A DNA stretch of 62,959 bases, counting the filler. It is 7 parts of 7 records of this genome, joined end to end, with 100 filler letters (N's around TTAATTAATTAA, not from the genome) between each part and the next. Parts side by side here need not be neighbours in the genome. Positions count along the whole stretch, not along the records: positions 30,057 to 34,966 come from SRR7504441_470; positions 35,067 to 40,330 come from SRR7504441_471; positions 40,431 to 53,342 come from SRR7504441_474; 4 more parts are not named here. One strand, written 5' to 3'. Both the position numbers and the translations under genes were made by a program. The first letter of the stretch is position 1. Each line of letters starts with the position of its first letter. Below, one piece after another: positions 33,944 through 45,570 of this stretch. The notes under the pieces are model-generated. The model was not told the origin of the DNA, did not search any database, and saw only the letters and a list, made by a program, of their open reading frames with translations.

Positions 33944-34945
33944 ATGGGGTGGGCTGGGGCGCTGGCCGCGGTGCTGGCGGTGCTGTGCCACCTGGGGCAG
34001 TGCTCCCTCGTGCAGGATCTCTCCGCCACCGGTGCACCCCGCTGCAGGCTCGGCTGACCCGCCTGCTGCAGCCCAAGCGCCGCCTAAGGTCCAACCTCCC
34101 AAGCTGAGTCTCAACATCAGCGATCTAAGGTCGGTATGGCGCTCAAGGCTTCTGTTGAAGTGAAGGAGAAAATGAAGGAATCAAGCAAGGCTGCTGAAGA
34201 CAGTGTGGCCCAGATTGCCGAGCAAATCAGACAGAAGTCCGACGCCGAGATTGCAAAGCAGACCAAACAAGAGACGCGTGGCACAGACGCTGGTGCCAAA
34301 AGGCAACTCGGTCAGAAGGATAAGATCAAGATTGCCCTATCCAAACTGAAATCGCAGCAAGCGTTTCACAGAGACTACCTGGATAAGGATGAGGGTAACA
34401 TCACCGCTATGAACGAAATAAACCAAGAGAAGGCCAACGCAGAGGCCATGGGCAAGCTGCTCGACAAAAAGCAGGAGCCTGAACAGTTGGTGGATGCAGA
34501 GGGTGCGTACAACGAACACAAGATGTTCGAAGCAAGCAATAATGCGACATTGGAGATTGAGCGTGCCGAAACAAACGACAAGCTCAAAAAGCTGGAGGCA
34601 TGGCAGGATGATCATGCGCGGGAACAGCAGGGCATAGTGAACAAGTTTTTGAACAAAGTGCAGGCTGCTGAGTCAAAGGACCAGGAGATGAATGACTTGG
34701 AGCTGCAAGCTAGCCACATGGCTGCGAAACGAGATGCATTACGCCGCATAGTAAAGCTGCACAAGGAGATTCCTCAGCTCGAGCAGGCCAAACAGGATTT
34801 AGATGCAAAAGCCAAGGCTCCTAAAGGGCCCAATGCAGTCAAAATGTTGCAGAGTCAGATTGAAATAGCTACCGATGAGGTCAAGAAAGCGCAGTCAATT
34901 GAAGATCAGCTCAAAAGGGAGCATGGCCATAGCATGAACCAATAG
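33944..34945 (+). CDS. Secreted/lumenal coiled-coil protein; 2 introns
   Basis: Signal peptide MGWAGALAAVLAVLCHLGQC. GT-AG introns of 40 and 41 nt lead into a K/E/Q-rich ORF. Confidence 0.65.
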
Positions 34946-35066
34946 TTTCAAGTATAGCTTCAATAANNNNNNNNNNNNNNNNNNNNNNNNNNNNNNNNNN
35001 NNNNNNNNNNTTAATTAATTAANNNNNNNNNNNNNNNNNNNNNNNNNNNNNNNNNNNNNNNNNNNN

Positions 35067-35460
35067 GGGCTCTTGTTTGTGCGTGAGTATGCGCATTTTG
35101 GACACAGAGTGGCTGGGTGACAATCGCTTGAGACTCTCCCTATTGGTAATGCAGACCTCAAGAGATTGTGAGCCTTGGTGCAACAATGCCAAGCTGCTAG
35201 CAGACCTCGAGGTGATCGATGGTCATGTTGGACTGCGTCTCGTGGTCCCAGACTGGCGCACGACCTCATGGAGACGCACGAGCAGCATCACGTACAGCGA
35301 CACCACACGTGATCAGGAATCAGCCCTCTGCAAGCATAGGCATCGATGGCGGGTGTTGTGTAAGCGGGTCCGGCTGAGTTGTGTGGCGGCGGAGTTGGTT
35401 TACTTCGGATATTGCTGTTTGCACATGCGTGCTATGGAAGAAGCGCAGAACGAGCTGTAG
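35067..35460 (+). CDS. 3' fragment of an unidentified gene
   Basis: Open frame from the linker to TAG 35460, followed by AT-rich terminator-like sequence. Confidence 0.4.
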
Positions 35461-35990
35461 TTAGCAGTTAGTTAAACGAGCTATAAGGCTCAATCGATGG
35501 TAAGCATGAGAAATAACAACACTAAAGTCAACTAAATCAGTGCGGTATGTAAGTACTCGCAGTACTAGTGTAAGCGACCGATCTAGTACAGGATGTTGAA
35601 TGCCAGCAGGTAGATGACATATTCTGAAAATTTCAGTAACAAACGCCCCTTCCGCCGGATCCGCCCGCTTCCTTTTAATATGGCGGGGCCGCCCTAAGGG
35701 GTACCTAAGGGGCTCGTGGTCCTCCGATGCTAGAGCGCGGTGCACTGTGTCTTGAGCCGCTGCGATGTCTATCGCGAGGTCCTCAGGCACCCCAAAGGTT
35801 GTTGGCGCCATCGCCCCAGTGAGCTCATCGAGTGGGATGGCCCGCACGTGCACAGCTTCCCATGGCGGTTTGCGCTCTGCAGAGCTCCGAGAAAAATTAA
35901 AGTAAAATTAGAACGGAACACTTGGGGAAATACAAAAGCGAAGCCTGCAGCTGCATGGCCCTGCCTTGGAGCACAGGTTGAGAGGAGGCG

Positions 35991-37994
35991 ATGGACGGCC
36001 TTGAGACGTTGATGGAGCAGTACGCCGACGAGAACGGCTGCATCTCACGCGACTCGATGCGCCGGGCCCTCGAGACCAACTTGGGCGCCCCCGTAAGCGA
36101 CGGCGACCTGGACCGGGTCATGTCCCGGCTTGGCTCGTCCGAGGACCACGGCCACTCGCGCCGGGTGAGCCTGGTGGAGGCGGACGCCGCGATCAAGGCC
36201 TTCCGCAAGGCCAACAGCCCGGTCGAAGCGCTCAAGAGCCCTACCGGGATCTACTCGCCGGTACCTGGCCGTGGGGCCGAGCCGGGCGAGCGAGGGCAGG
36301 ACATGGAGATGGCCGCCCGGTGCGATCAGGCCGAGCTGCGGGCCATGAGCGCCGAGGCCGCGTTGAGCGCATCAGAGGAGAAGCTTGGCCGGTTGGTGGA
36401 GGAGGCGGGCGCGGCGCAGCTCGAGATAGAGTGCGTCCCGGCCGTGGGGGCTGGCTGAGGCTAGTGCAGGCAACTAAAGCAGCAGCGGGAGGCCGAGGTG
36501 CACTCGAGCTGCTTCGCGCTCGAGGAGCTGCAGGCTGAGCTGCAGGCGCGCCACCCGGGCCGGATCTGGCCGATCGGAGGACAGGATGCGAACGAGGAGC
36601 TTGGGCAGCAAGCCAAGGCGCGTGAGCTTGACCAGCGGCGGATTGAGCTACTCACGGAGGAATTAGAGGAGCTGAGGCAGGGCAACGCCAGCGCTGAGAG
36701 CGTGGCTGCTCGGTGTAAGGAGCTTGAAGCGGAGAACAAGCAGATGCGGGCGATTGAAGCGAACAACGCCGAGCTGGCAGCCAGTCTCAAGGAATCTCAG
36801 AGCGAGATTGAACTGCTCGGACAGAGGATCGCGCACCAGGACGAGCACACCCGCAGTGTGACCGAGCAGCTGCACCGGTGGGTCCTTCTAGTTTGGCCCG
36901 GGCTGATCTGGTGTGGTAGGTATCAGGAGCTCCTGAGTGACACGCAGGCAACGCTCCAGAACCAGCGGGCAATAGTGGAGACGCTGCACGAGGCCATCGA
37001 CACGAGCAACATGGCGCAGCAGGACAAGGGACTCGATCTAGCCACCGAGCATTCTCTGGCGGAGATTGATGCGCTTGCCAAGGAGGTGGGAGCCTCGTCT
37101 TGCGCACCCTGACGCTGGGTGCAGGTATCGAGCCTGTCCGAGGTGCTCCGAAAGCAGGACGACGACCGGCAGCAGGAGAGGCTCTCACCACCGCCGACTG
37201 CACAGCTAGGGATGAGCACAGATGAGTTGATGGCCAACCTCCGCAGCACGATCAAAGCGGAGCTCAAGTCCGAACTCTCTCAGATGCGCGATGTGCTCAC
37301 CCCTACTGGCACCCCGCAGCACACCCCCAAGCACTGCACCCCGCAGCGCCCCCCCGGGACGGCCGAGGTCTCGTGGCGGCCATCGCGCGAGCTTATAGAC
37401 CTCGAGTATCAGTTCCAGGCACAGGCTGAGCAGATGACGGACCAAGCCGCCTCGATTGCCAACTACCTGGACCGGCTGCAGAAGGCGTGCGACACGTTCA
37501 GCAACAAAATCAACAACAAAGTCACCAGCCCGGGCGGCGAGACTCAAGAAGCGTTCGTTCAGGCGGTGCACAAGCTGCTGCTTAAGATGAAGAAATCAGA
37601 GAGCCAGCTGCGCGATTGCCTGCAGGGCATCTTTGGCGAGCGCGAGCAAGGGCTTGCAGCTGTGCCGCGCGAGACGGAGATCTGGAGCAAGCGGTGCAAC
37701 CCTCCGGTGTTGATCCTTGCGCTACAGAAGGAATTAGTAGACATGCGAGCTGAGGAGAGCGAAAAGATTCTGAAAATGCAAAGGGAGAAGGAGGAGGCGA
37801 TTGAACGGAACGCGCTAGAGTGGAAACGGGCGATCCGGAAGGCGGCCAAGCGGATCAACAGGGACCCTGAGACCCCGATGTCGATCAACATACAACATAG
37901 CCAGGAAGAGAAGATGGAGATTGAGAACATCCCGCCGCTGATCGACCAAAACATTCAGCCGGACGCGCTGATCGAGCAGTTCGCCGAGTGCTGA
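35991..37994 (+). CDS. EF-hand plus long coiled-coil protein, spliced
   Basis: YADENGCISRDSM EF-like loop; heptad-rich exons separated by short GT-AG introns. Confidence 0.65.
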
Positions 37995-38278
37995 GGGCAC
38001 TCGTCGACAGATCATCATCTTGGATAGTACATGCCTTGAAGGCATTGCTTTCGTCGCACTCGCGAGTACGCAAAAACAGCAAGTTTTGGATGAGGTTAGA
38101 CGCTTGCAATGATTGCCGATTAATTAACAAAACACGGAACTTTACATGTACATCTGAAATGAATGAGATTAACACACTAGACCTAAAAGCATTCATAACA
38201 GCTTCAGCATCTTACTTAAATACAACTTGCAAGCTCATTGACGAGTCTTAACGAGTCTCGAACGAGTCTCATTGTGAG

Positions 38279-39269
38279 TTAATTGTCAGTGTCTCGCTTC
38301 CTCTTGGACTTCTTGGTGTGCCACTCCCTTGCCCATCCAAACCCCTTGGCCAAGTCCGCTGCACTCACGTTAGCTGGAAAGCTAGGCAGCTGCATCAGCT
38401 CCAGCTGCTGGTCAGACGCCTGGCCCCGGCTGCCATCAGGCCAGCACCAGCCCGGGACCGGTGTGTCGCCGGTAGTTAGGATCACTCCAAACAGCCCAAG
38501 CCTGCTGTCCTTCCGCACCAGCTGCAGCTGGCCGTACCACCTGCCGCCCGCGCGCTCCAGGCCAGGCCAGGCAAGCGGCACCAGCTGAACTGGCCGCTCT
38601 TGTGCCGCAGCTGGCCCCTGAGCTTGATCTGCTTCTTCTTGCCCTGCGCCAGCTCGCCCACCTGCTTGAACGCTTGCTGCAGGCTATCCTCATGCACGAT
38701 CGACCAGCAGTTCCGCACCTGCCACTGGGCTCCGCCCTGGCCGGCCGAGGGGCGCACCTCGAAAGGCCGGTAGCCGAGTGTCTTGAGCAGGTACGGGTTG
38801 GCGTCGATGGCTTCCATGCTCGGACTGGACACAAACAGCCCCACCGGGGAGAGCCGCCAGAGATCCTCGAAGCTGCCAGCCCAGGGCTTCCTCTCGCCGC
38901 CGCCAGGGGCCTCGACCTGGCCTTCTCGGCCTGCACTTTAGAACTCAGCCGCCGGGGGAGTCGCTTGCACAGCTGGCTCTCGGGCTTGGAGTCTGCACGG
39001 ATGTCCCGAAGCTCGCTGGCGGCGTGCTCCAGGATGGCCGCCTGGCCCTTGTCGGCCGGGTCGCGCGGCCCAGTGAGCGACGCCGCCAGCTCCTGCCGGC
39101 CCGGCTCGCCTCTGGGGCTGTGGCTGGCTGGCTGCCTCGATGCGCGAGCTGAGCAGCGCCCGCCGCCGCTTGGCGCCTTGCTTGGTGTGTTCATGCCTGA
39201 CCTGCATCCAGCTAGCGGCCAGCCGGCACTGGGCAGCGCCTCGTCGACCGGCTCGCTCGGCGGCTGCAT
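38279..39269 (-). CDS. Hypothetical spliced protein
   Basis: Collinear minus-strand ORF pieces. ATG 39269 is head-to-head with the SDR gene across an inverted motif pair. Confidence 0.45.
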
Positions 39270-39333
39270 GTTTCCCACACACGGACAGCTGAGGACCGGA
39301 GCGCGAGGGATGCTCACGGGGTTGCGAAAGCAG

Positions 39334-39351
39334 CCGTTAGTTCAGTAACGG
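39334..39351. promoter_or_regulatory. Inverted CCGTTA / TAACGG pair in a bidirectional promoter
   Basis: Lies between ATGs 39269(-) and 39396(+). Confidence 0.7.
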
Positions 39352-39395
39352 AAAACTCCGGAGCGCCAGTTTGTTGACGCGCTCCGATTGCTGAC

Positions 39396-40330
39396 ATGGC
39401 TGCTCGACGTATCCTTGTGACTGGGGGCAATGCTGGGATCGGGCTGGCGCTGTGCCGGCAGCTGGCGGTGGAGCATCAATGCTTCGTCTACATGGGCACC
39501 CGCAGCCTTGAGCGGTCCGCCGCGCGGCTGGCCAGGCTGATGGTGGTTCAGCGGGCAGGCCGGTCTGAAGAGCATCGTGGATGCGCACCCGGAGGCGGCC
39601 GAGAGCATTGAACTGCTCCAGATCGACGTGTCCGACGACGCATCAGTTGCCGCCGCAGCCCAGACCCTGGAGGCTACCGGCAAGCCGCTCTACGCCCTCG
39701 TCAACAACGCGGGGATCGGACTCCAAACCGACGCCGGCCAGCCAGCGCTGCTCGCGACCAACTTTTACGGGCCCAAGCGGGTCTCAGAAGCCATGCTCCC
39801 GCTGATCCAGCCCAGCGGCGGGCGGATCGTCAACGTGAGCTCTGGTGGCGCCTCGATGTGGCTCCGTGGCCAGGTCGTCGGGCCGGGCTGGTACCCGCCC
39901 TGACCAGACTGGGCAGTCGGATGAGCTCAAGAGCCTCTTCACCAGCCCGGAGACCAGCTGGGAAGACTTAGAGGCCGCAGTTCTGGCCAATGCTCCCAGC
40001 GCCTCCATGGGAGGGTGCCGAGCCCATGTTTATAGATAAGAGTGCATTACAGCTGGCCTCTTGTCGTATTGCAGCTTGTCGTGTGGCTCACTCTGTTGTG
40101 CAGGTACGGGCTTACCAAAGCAGGGCTCACTGCATACACTATCATCCAGGTCGCCTGCCGGTGGGGCTAGCGTGCCAAGGCTGGCAGGCCAAGGCACACC
40201 CGGAGCTCATGATTACTTCGCTCAGTCCTGGGTTCATAATCACCAACATGACTCAAGGATTTGGAGCAAAGCTTACCGCCGAGCAAGGCACAGTCTCGCT
40301 GATCAAGTGCCTGTTCTCGGATGACGTCGT
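39396..40330 (+). CDS. Short-chain dehydrogenase/reductase (carbonyl reductase-like), spliced, 3' truncated
   Basis: ILVTGGNAGIG, LVNNAGI, TNFYG, GGRIVNVSSG and LSPGFIITNMT. A 37-nt intron follows SLER. Confidence 0.88.
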
Positions 40331-40453
40331 NNNNNNNNNNNNNNNNNNNNNNNNNNNNNNNNNNNNNNNNNNNNTTAATTAATTAANNNNNNNNNNNNNN
40401 NNNNNNNNNNNNNNNNNNNNNNNNNNNNNNTGAGGCGCACGGCAGGGGCGGCG

Positions 40454-41747
40454 ATGGCGCCAGGTCGGGCTCTGGCACTGCTGTGTCTGGTGCACCGGCT
40501 GGCCTGGGCCGAGCACACCGACAACTGGGCCGTGCTGGTGGGCACCTCGCGCTTCTGGTTCAACTACCGGCACGTGGGCAACACGCTGAGCGTCTACCAC
40601 GGGATAAAGAGCCTGGGGATCCCGGACTCCAACATCGTGCTCATGCTGGCCGACGACGTCCCGTGCAACCCGCGCAACAGCCGACCGGCCCAGGTGTCGG
40701 CCGACGAGGTGCCACCGCCGGCCGACCAGCGGGCTGAATCTGGGCCAGGCCGGGACAGACATTTACGGGACCGACGTGGAGGTCGAGTGCCCCCTACCCG
40801 TAGAACCTGTGGCCCAGGGCTGCCCGGGGCTGAGCTGGCGCCTGGCTGACAGCGCCGGACAGGTGGACTACCGGGGCGAGGACGTGACGGTCGAGAACTT
40901 TATCCGGGTGCTGACAGGCGATCCGGCCAGCACGATCTGCGGGGCTGAGTTGGACACAGGCCGGCACCAGCCGGGCACTCCGCCGACCAAGCGGCTGCTC
41001 TCCCACGACAAGAGTGCGTGGCTCGTGCTCTGACCGGTCTGGAGCAAGCAGGGCTGCAGGCAACGTGCTCGTCTACCTCTCGGGGCACGGCGGGGACGAG
41101 TTTCTCAAGTTCCAGGCAGCGTGGCGCTGTGCGCGAGCTGAGATGCTCGGGAGACAGGACTGTGAGGAGATTGGCGCACAGGATTTTGCAGATGCTGTAG
41201 CCCAAATGCACAGCCAACACAGGCGAGTTGCCTGACCGGAGCCATCGAGCGCAGTGCCAGGTACCATAAGCTGCTGTTCATCACCGACACGTGCCAAGCT
41301 GCGACTCTGAACACCTACTTTTATTCACCCAACGTGTATGCGATTGGCAGCAGTCGCAAGGACGAGAACTCGTACTCGGTGCCGAGCTCGGGCTGTGAGA
41401 TCTGAGCGGGGCCTCAGCATGGGTTCACGGCCAACCTCGGGATTACCATCCTTGACCGGTTCTCGTTCATGCTATCTCGGTACCTCAATTCGCTCTCGCG
41501 TGATTCGACAGCATCTCTCAGAGACCTGGTGAGCCGCCAGGCGCTCATCCCGAGAGCAACGGGCCCGCAGGTGCAGCACTTTGAGCGAGAGTATGACATG
41601 CGCAAGTCACACATAGGCTTCTCGTTCACCCCCGGGATTGCAAGTGCCGATCAGGTTCTAGTGACTGATTTCTTTGGGAGTGTTTTGCAAGTTTCATTGC
41701 CAAAGCACGTACGAAGCCTTAGTTTTGCCGATCAAGTTAAATCTTGA
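40454..41747 (+). CDS. PIGK: GPI transamidase catalytic subunit GPI8/PIG-K (peptidase C13); 8 introns
   Basis: [56 protein letters not shown] and DFFGSV, all reconstructed in frame. Confidence 0.95.
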
Positions 41748-42194
41748 ATCGTTTGTGTACTGTAGCCAGGCTATCAAGGGCCATGTAGACTGTCTTGTCC
41801 TTCCAGTGTGCCCCGAGCACTCGCGCTGCCATGAGGACTTGCAGTGCTTCCATGTGCTGTACAATGTGTACATGTGCTGTGAGCTTGGCCCCTTCTTTCG
41901 CTGCACTGCTTGCCACATCTCATTTGTCCACGGCATCTTGTAGAAGTATCTATCGTCGTGTTCACCCATGCCCCATTCGGAGCCTGCATCTCCCACCATA
42001 TTGTGAGCACCGACCAAGCAACCCCACGAGGCGCTCCTCGCCTCGGTACGCTCCACGGTCTCAAGTGCGAGTATTGCTTTATCAGTTCACGTAAGAATTG
42101 AAGTACGCGGTACTCTCGTAAAGACGTTTCAAGATTAGATTTAAATATCTAAGATTTATCCCCATTGTAGGGATTCATTTGTACCCAACATTAT

Positions 42195-44112
42195 TCATCT
42201 ATGGGGCTGCTTGACGTTCTTTCTAGGGAGCAAGCGGACTGGTGTGCTATGGTACGAAAACTCGTCACAAAGCGCCGTGATAATCCTGTCGGAACACAAG
42301 CAACCGGATGAAAACAGCTTACAAAGTGGCTGATTGCACCGGCGGCGCTGAGCTGCTGGCAGCTTAGTGCCGGGCATATTGTAGAATAGCGTGAAAGTGG
42401 GTGGTCTGGTGCTAGTTTGAGTGATGAACTTAAGGTTGAGCCCGGCTGGCCATCTCATGGTCGGGTTGCTCTGTATCATCTGCCATATGGTCACAGCACA
42501 CTGTCAGCACGCTGCCACCTGGAGCCACTGATTCAACAAGGATGTGCCAACTCGAAGGGACCATGCTGCGTGGGCTGACTGAATCGCGCGCAGCAGCTTG
42601 TCCATTCCCTGCCGCCGCAGCTCAGCAACCTCCTGCCCGCCCACAGGCCTGGCGCTCCAGTGCGGAAATTGCAACCACGCCCGGAGCACGCAGCTGTGCC
42701 AGCTCGCGAGTCAGCCTACCCGCAATATGCTTTTCAACCTAACGGGGCCTCAGGCATGCCCCACAGCTCACTCGCCTCCTCGGCTCGCCCGGACCAGTCT
42801 GGGCACACCGCTCAGGCTGGCAAGAGAGCCGGCTGACCTGCAGGCAGCGAGTCGAGCTTGTTGACAGCGAGCACGATCGCCTTGCCCGCGTCCACCACCT
42901 GGCGAGCCACCGAGAGGTCCTTGCGTGTGAGCGGCATGTTGGCGTCGATCACTAGCACCACCACCTGCATCCCGATCGCAGCCACCCGCGAGCCCTAGGC
43001 ACGTCAGACATGCTGACTGCCCGCTCGGTATCCCAACGCGATAGCAGAGAGAGTCTATCCGTGCCTACTGTCCGGTGCGGAAGCAGCCCTGCGCACCAAG
43101 CCTGCTGAGCCGGCATCCGGCCAGGCTACCGGCGGTGTCAAGCAGTCTCGCGAATTGACCACCTGCCAGGGCTGAGTGCGCGGCGGGCGGTGGGTGGCAC
43201 CTCCGAGGTCCCAGCGCGTGGCTACGTGCTCCCTGGTCAGTCCCGGCTTCTCGCCTGCCCCGGCCGCTCAGCGGAGCTTGCTGTGCTCCCGTCTTACCCA
43301 CAAGCATCCTCTGCTGACCGCAAATGGTGTTGACCAGCGTAGACTTGCCCACGTTGGGCACTCCGACCACCGACACCACTAGCTCAGGCTCGGCCCCGCT
43401 CTCGGCCTGTCCCGGCTGGCGCCGCGCGCACAGGGCTGGCCGCACCGGTTCATCAGACAGGTGCGGCAGCAAGGCCCGCCCAAGGTCCTGGATCCCCTCA
43501 TTGTGCTCGGCCGACACCCGGACAGCGCCCCCGAACCCGAGCCGGGCCGCCTCCGCCGCCACGTCCTCGCCCACATCGTTCTCGCACTTGGTGGCCACCA
43601 CCAGCACCGGCAGGCCCCGGCGGATCGGCCGGAGCCACGAGGCGATCCGCTCGTCCTCGGCTGTCAGCCCGACCCGGCTGCCCCCGGCTGAGCGGCGGAG
43701 CTGGGACGCCGGCTACCCGTCGACGACCAGCAGGGTGAGCTCGCTGGAGGCGACCACTTTGGAGGTCAACTCTCCGAGCATCTGACCGACCTCGTCCGCC
43801 CCGCGCCTCGGCGCCTGCACCCGCCTCGCCGGCCTGCAGGCAGCCCAGCACCTGCAGTCCGGCGGTATCGGTCACTGTGAACCGTGTGCCGAACAGCTCA
43901 CACTGACCATCCTGCCAGTCGCTGGTGACCCCGGGGGTGTCGTGCACCAACGCCTGCCGCTTGCCCACCAGCCTATTGAACAGGGTAGACTGCCCCCCCG
44001 TCCGGCCCGGAGCGCGGCTGCGCACCTTGCCCGTGTTGGGCCGGCCCACCAGCGTCACCGTGCAGCACCACCGGCTCCCAAGCAGCCGCAGCTGCCGCCG
44101 GCCCACCAGCAT
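42195..44112 (-). CDS. der: Organellar Der/EngA double GTPase; 13 introns
   Basis: GRPNTGKSTLFNRL, DTPGVT, DTAG, a second [20 protein letters not shown] and KH-like KFITQ...RPPTF. Arg-rich N-terminal transit-like peptide. Confidence 0.93.
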
Positions 44113-44145
44113 GAGCCCCGACCAAACAGCGACAGCGCCGGCCGG

Positions 44146-44168
44146 CCGTTCAACGGTTGAGAATCTCG
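44146..44168. promoter_or_regulatory. CCGTTCAACGG near-palindrome plus GAGAATCTCG in the der/methyltransferase bidirectional promoter
   Basis: Centred in the 87-bp gap between ATGs 44112(-) and 44200(+). Confidence 0.7.
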
Positions 44169-44199
44169 ATCATGCCAGTGCCCTTTCGAGGCTGCGCAG

Positions 44200-45159
44200 A
44201 TGATCGGTGCATTTCTCCTGCTGGGCTGCCTCGTGGCCGGGCTGGTGCTCCTCCGGGCAGTGCACCGGAACCTGCCTGCCTTGCGGCTCTGGCTGTCTGT
44301 GGCCGGGGACGACCAGAGATTCTACAAACAGCTCTTCCTTCCCGGGTGGCGCGCCCTCGTATCGCAGTCCGGCTGGATGAACCTGGGCTACTGGGGCGCA
44401 CAGGACGGCGACGACCCCGCCGCCACTAGCTACGCCGAGGCCTGTGACCGCCTGGCTCTCAAGCTGGCCGCCGCCGGGATCGGGCCGCGGCAGTCGGGAC
44501 CTCTGGAGGTGTTGGACGTGGGCTGCGGCTGCGGCAATTCGACGCTCCTGGTCGCGCAGAAGTACCCGGAGCTGAAGCGAATCGTGGGCATAAACTTGTC
44601 GGCCGAGCAGGTCAGCCGGGCCAACAACAGACTCGCTGCGCTGGATGCTGACGACGCCCGGATCTCATTTCAGGTGGCAAGTGCCACAGAGATGCCATTT
44701 GCCGATGCGAGTTTCGACGTGGTGATGGCCCTCGAGTGCGCCTTTCATTTCCAGACTCGGGAGGCCTTCTTCTTGGAAGCACGCCGCATATTGCGCCCAG
44801 GTGGCAGATTGGCGCTTGCTGACATCGTCACAAGAAATGGGGTGCCTCTCATTTCGCCTCCTACTCTGATGCAACGACTGATGCTCGCACCAGCGGTCGG
44901 TAATACTGAGAACATGGCATCGTACCGTCGGCGCATGGAAAATGACGGCTTCAGTTCAGTCTGTGTAGACCGAGTGACTGACGAAACCATTATACCATTT
45001 TGTGAACATTTTGCCGGCCTGCACAAACTGGAACACCTACCACGTGAAACTGACGACGACGACACCTCAATTGAGGCATTCAAATTATACATGATTGTAA
45101 CGAACTTCTTAATGCGGGCCGGAGGAGAGTACATCATTGCTAGAGGCTCCGTGCCGTGA
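44200..45159 (+). CDS. SAM-dependent methyltransferase (sterol/tocopherol C-methyltransferase-like) with an N-terminal anchor
   Basis: MNLGYW, VLDVGCGCG, MPFADASFD, ECAFHF and LRPGGRL. Intronless. Confidence 0.88.
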   Translation: MIGAFLLLGCLVAGLVLLRAVHRNLPALRLWLSVAGDDQRFYKQLFLPGWRALVSQSGWMNLGYWGAQDGDDPAATSYAEACDRLALKLAAAGIGPRQSGPLEVLDVGCGCGNSTLLVAQKYPELKRIVGINLSAEQVSRANNRLAALDADDARISFQVASATEMPFADASFDVVMALECAFHFQTREAFFLEARRILRPGGRLALADIVTRNGVPLISPPTLMQRLMLAPAVGNTENMASYRRRMENDGFSSVCVDRVTDETIIPFCEHFAGLHKLEHLPRETDDDDTSIEAFKLYMIVTNFLMRAGGEYIIARGSVP

Positions 45160-45570
45160 TCATGAGTCAAGCTATTGAGATCAATGAGCACTCTAGATAG
45201 CTTGAGACGACATTTGCCGTGCTAGCGGTCGCTGGCGTCTGTCGCTGCATTTTGCTGCTTCCACGTACACTCTATCCAAAGTTGATACTAAGTACAATCA
45301 GTCAGTTGGCCTGAATTAACCGCATCAAACTTTAGTTTGAACGATCACTAAAGGAATATAGAGGGTCCGGACGGAAGCCCGAAGCCAGAGATCTATATAT
45401 ATGTGTCAGATAATCATTATGATAATCATAATGTAATAATTGTAATTAGGTACCGATAGCCGACGTAGCCGAGAAGTGTGCATGCACGATCAATCGAGTT
45501 TATTGCACACAAACACCCATATTAGCTCGACAAGCATAGTCGATCACCGTCGTATCTTGGCAGGTGTGCG

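Noticed and set aside
40782-40862. Double-length introns (81 nt here, 84 nt at 2034-2117) as recursive or stacked introns
   Set aside because: An internal CAG sits near the midpoint but is followed by GG or CT, not a GT/GC donor that preserves frame.
41694-42056. 120-aa minus-strand ORF overlapping the PIG-K 3' end (similarly 35461-35853 and 76-309)
   Set aside because: No recognisable domain or well-supported start; cannot be supported as a gene.
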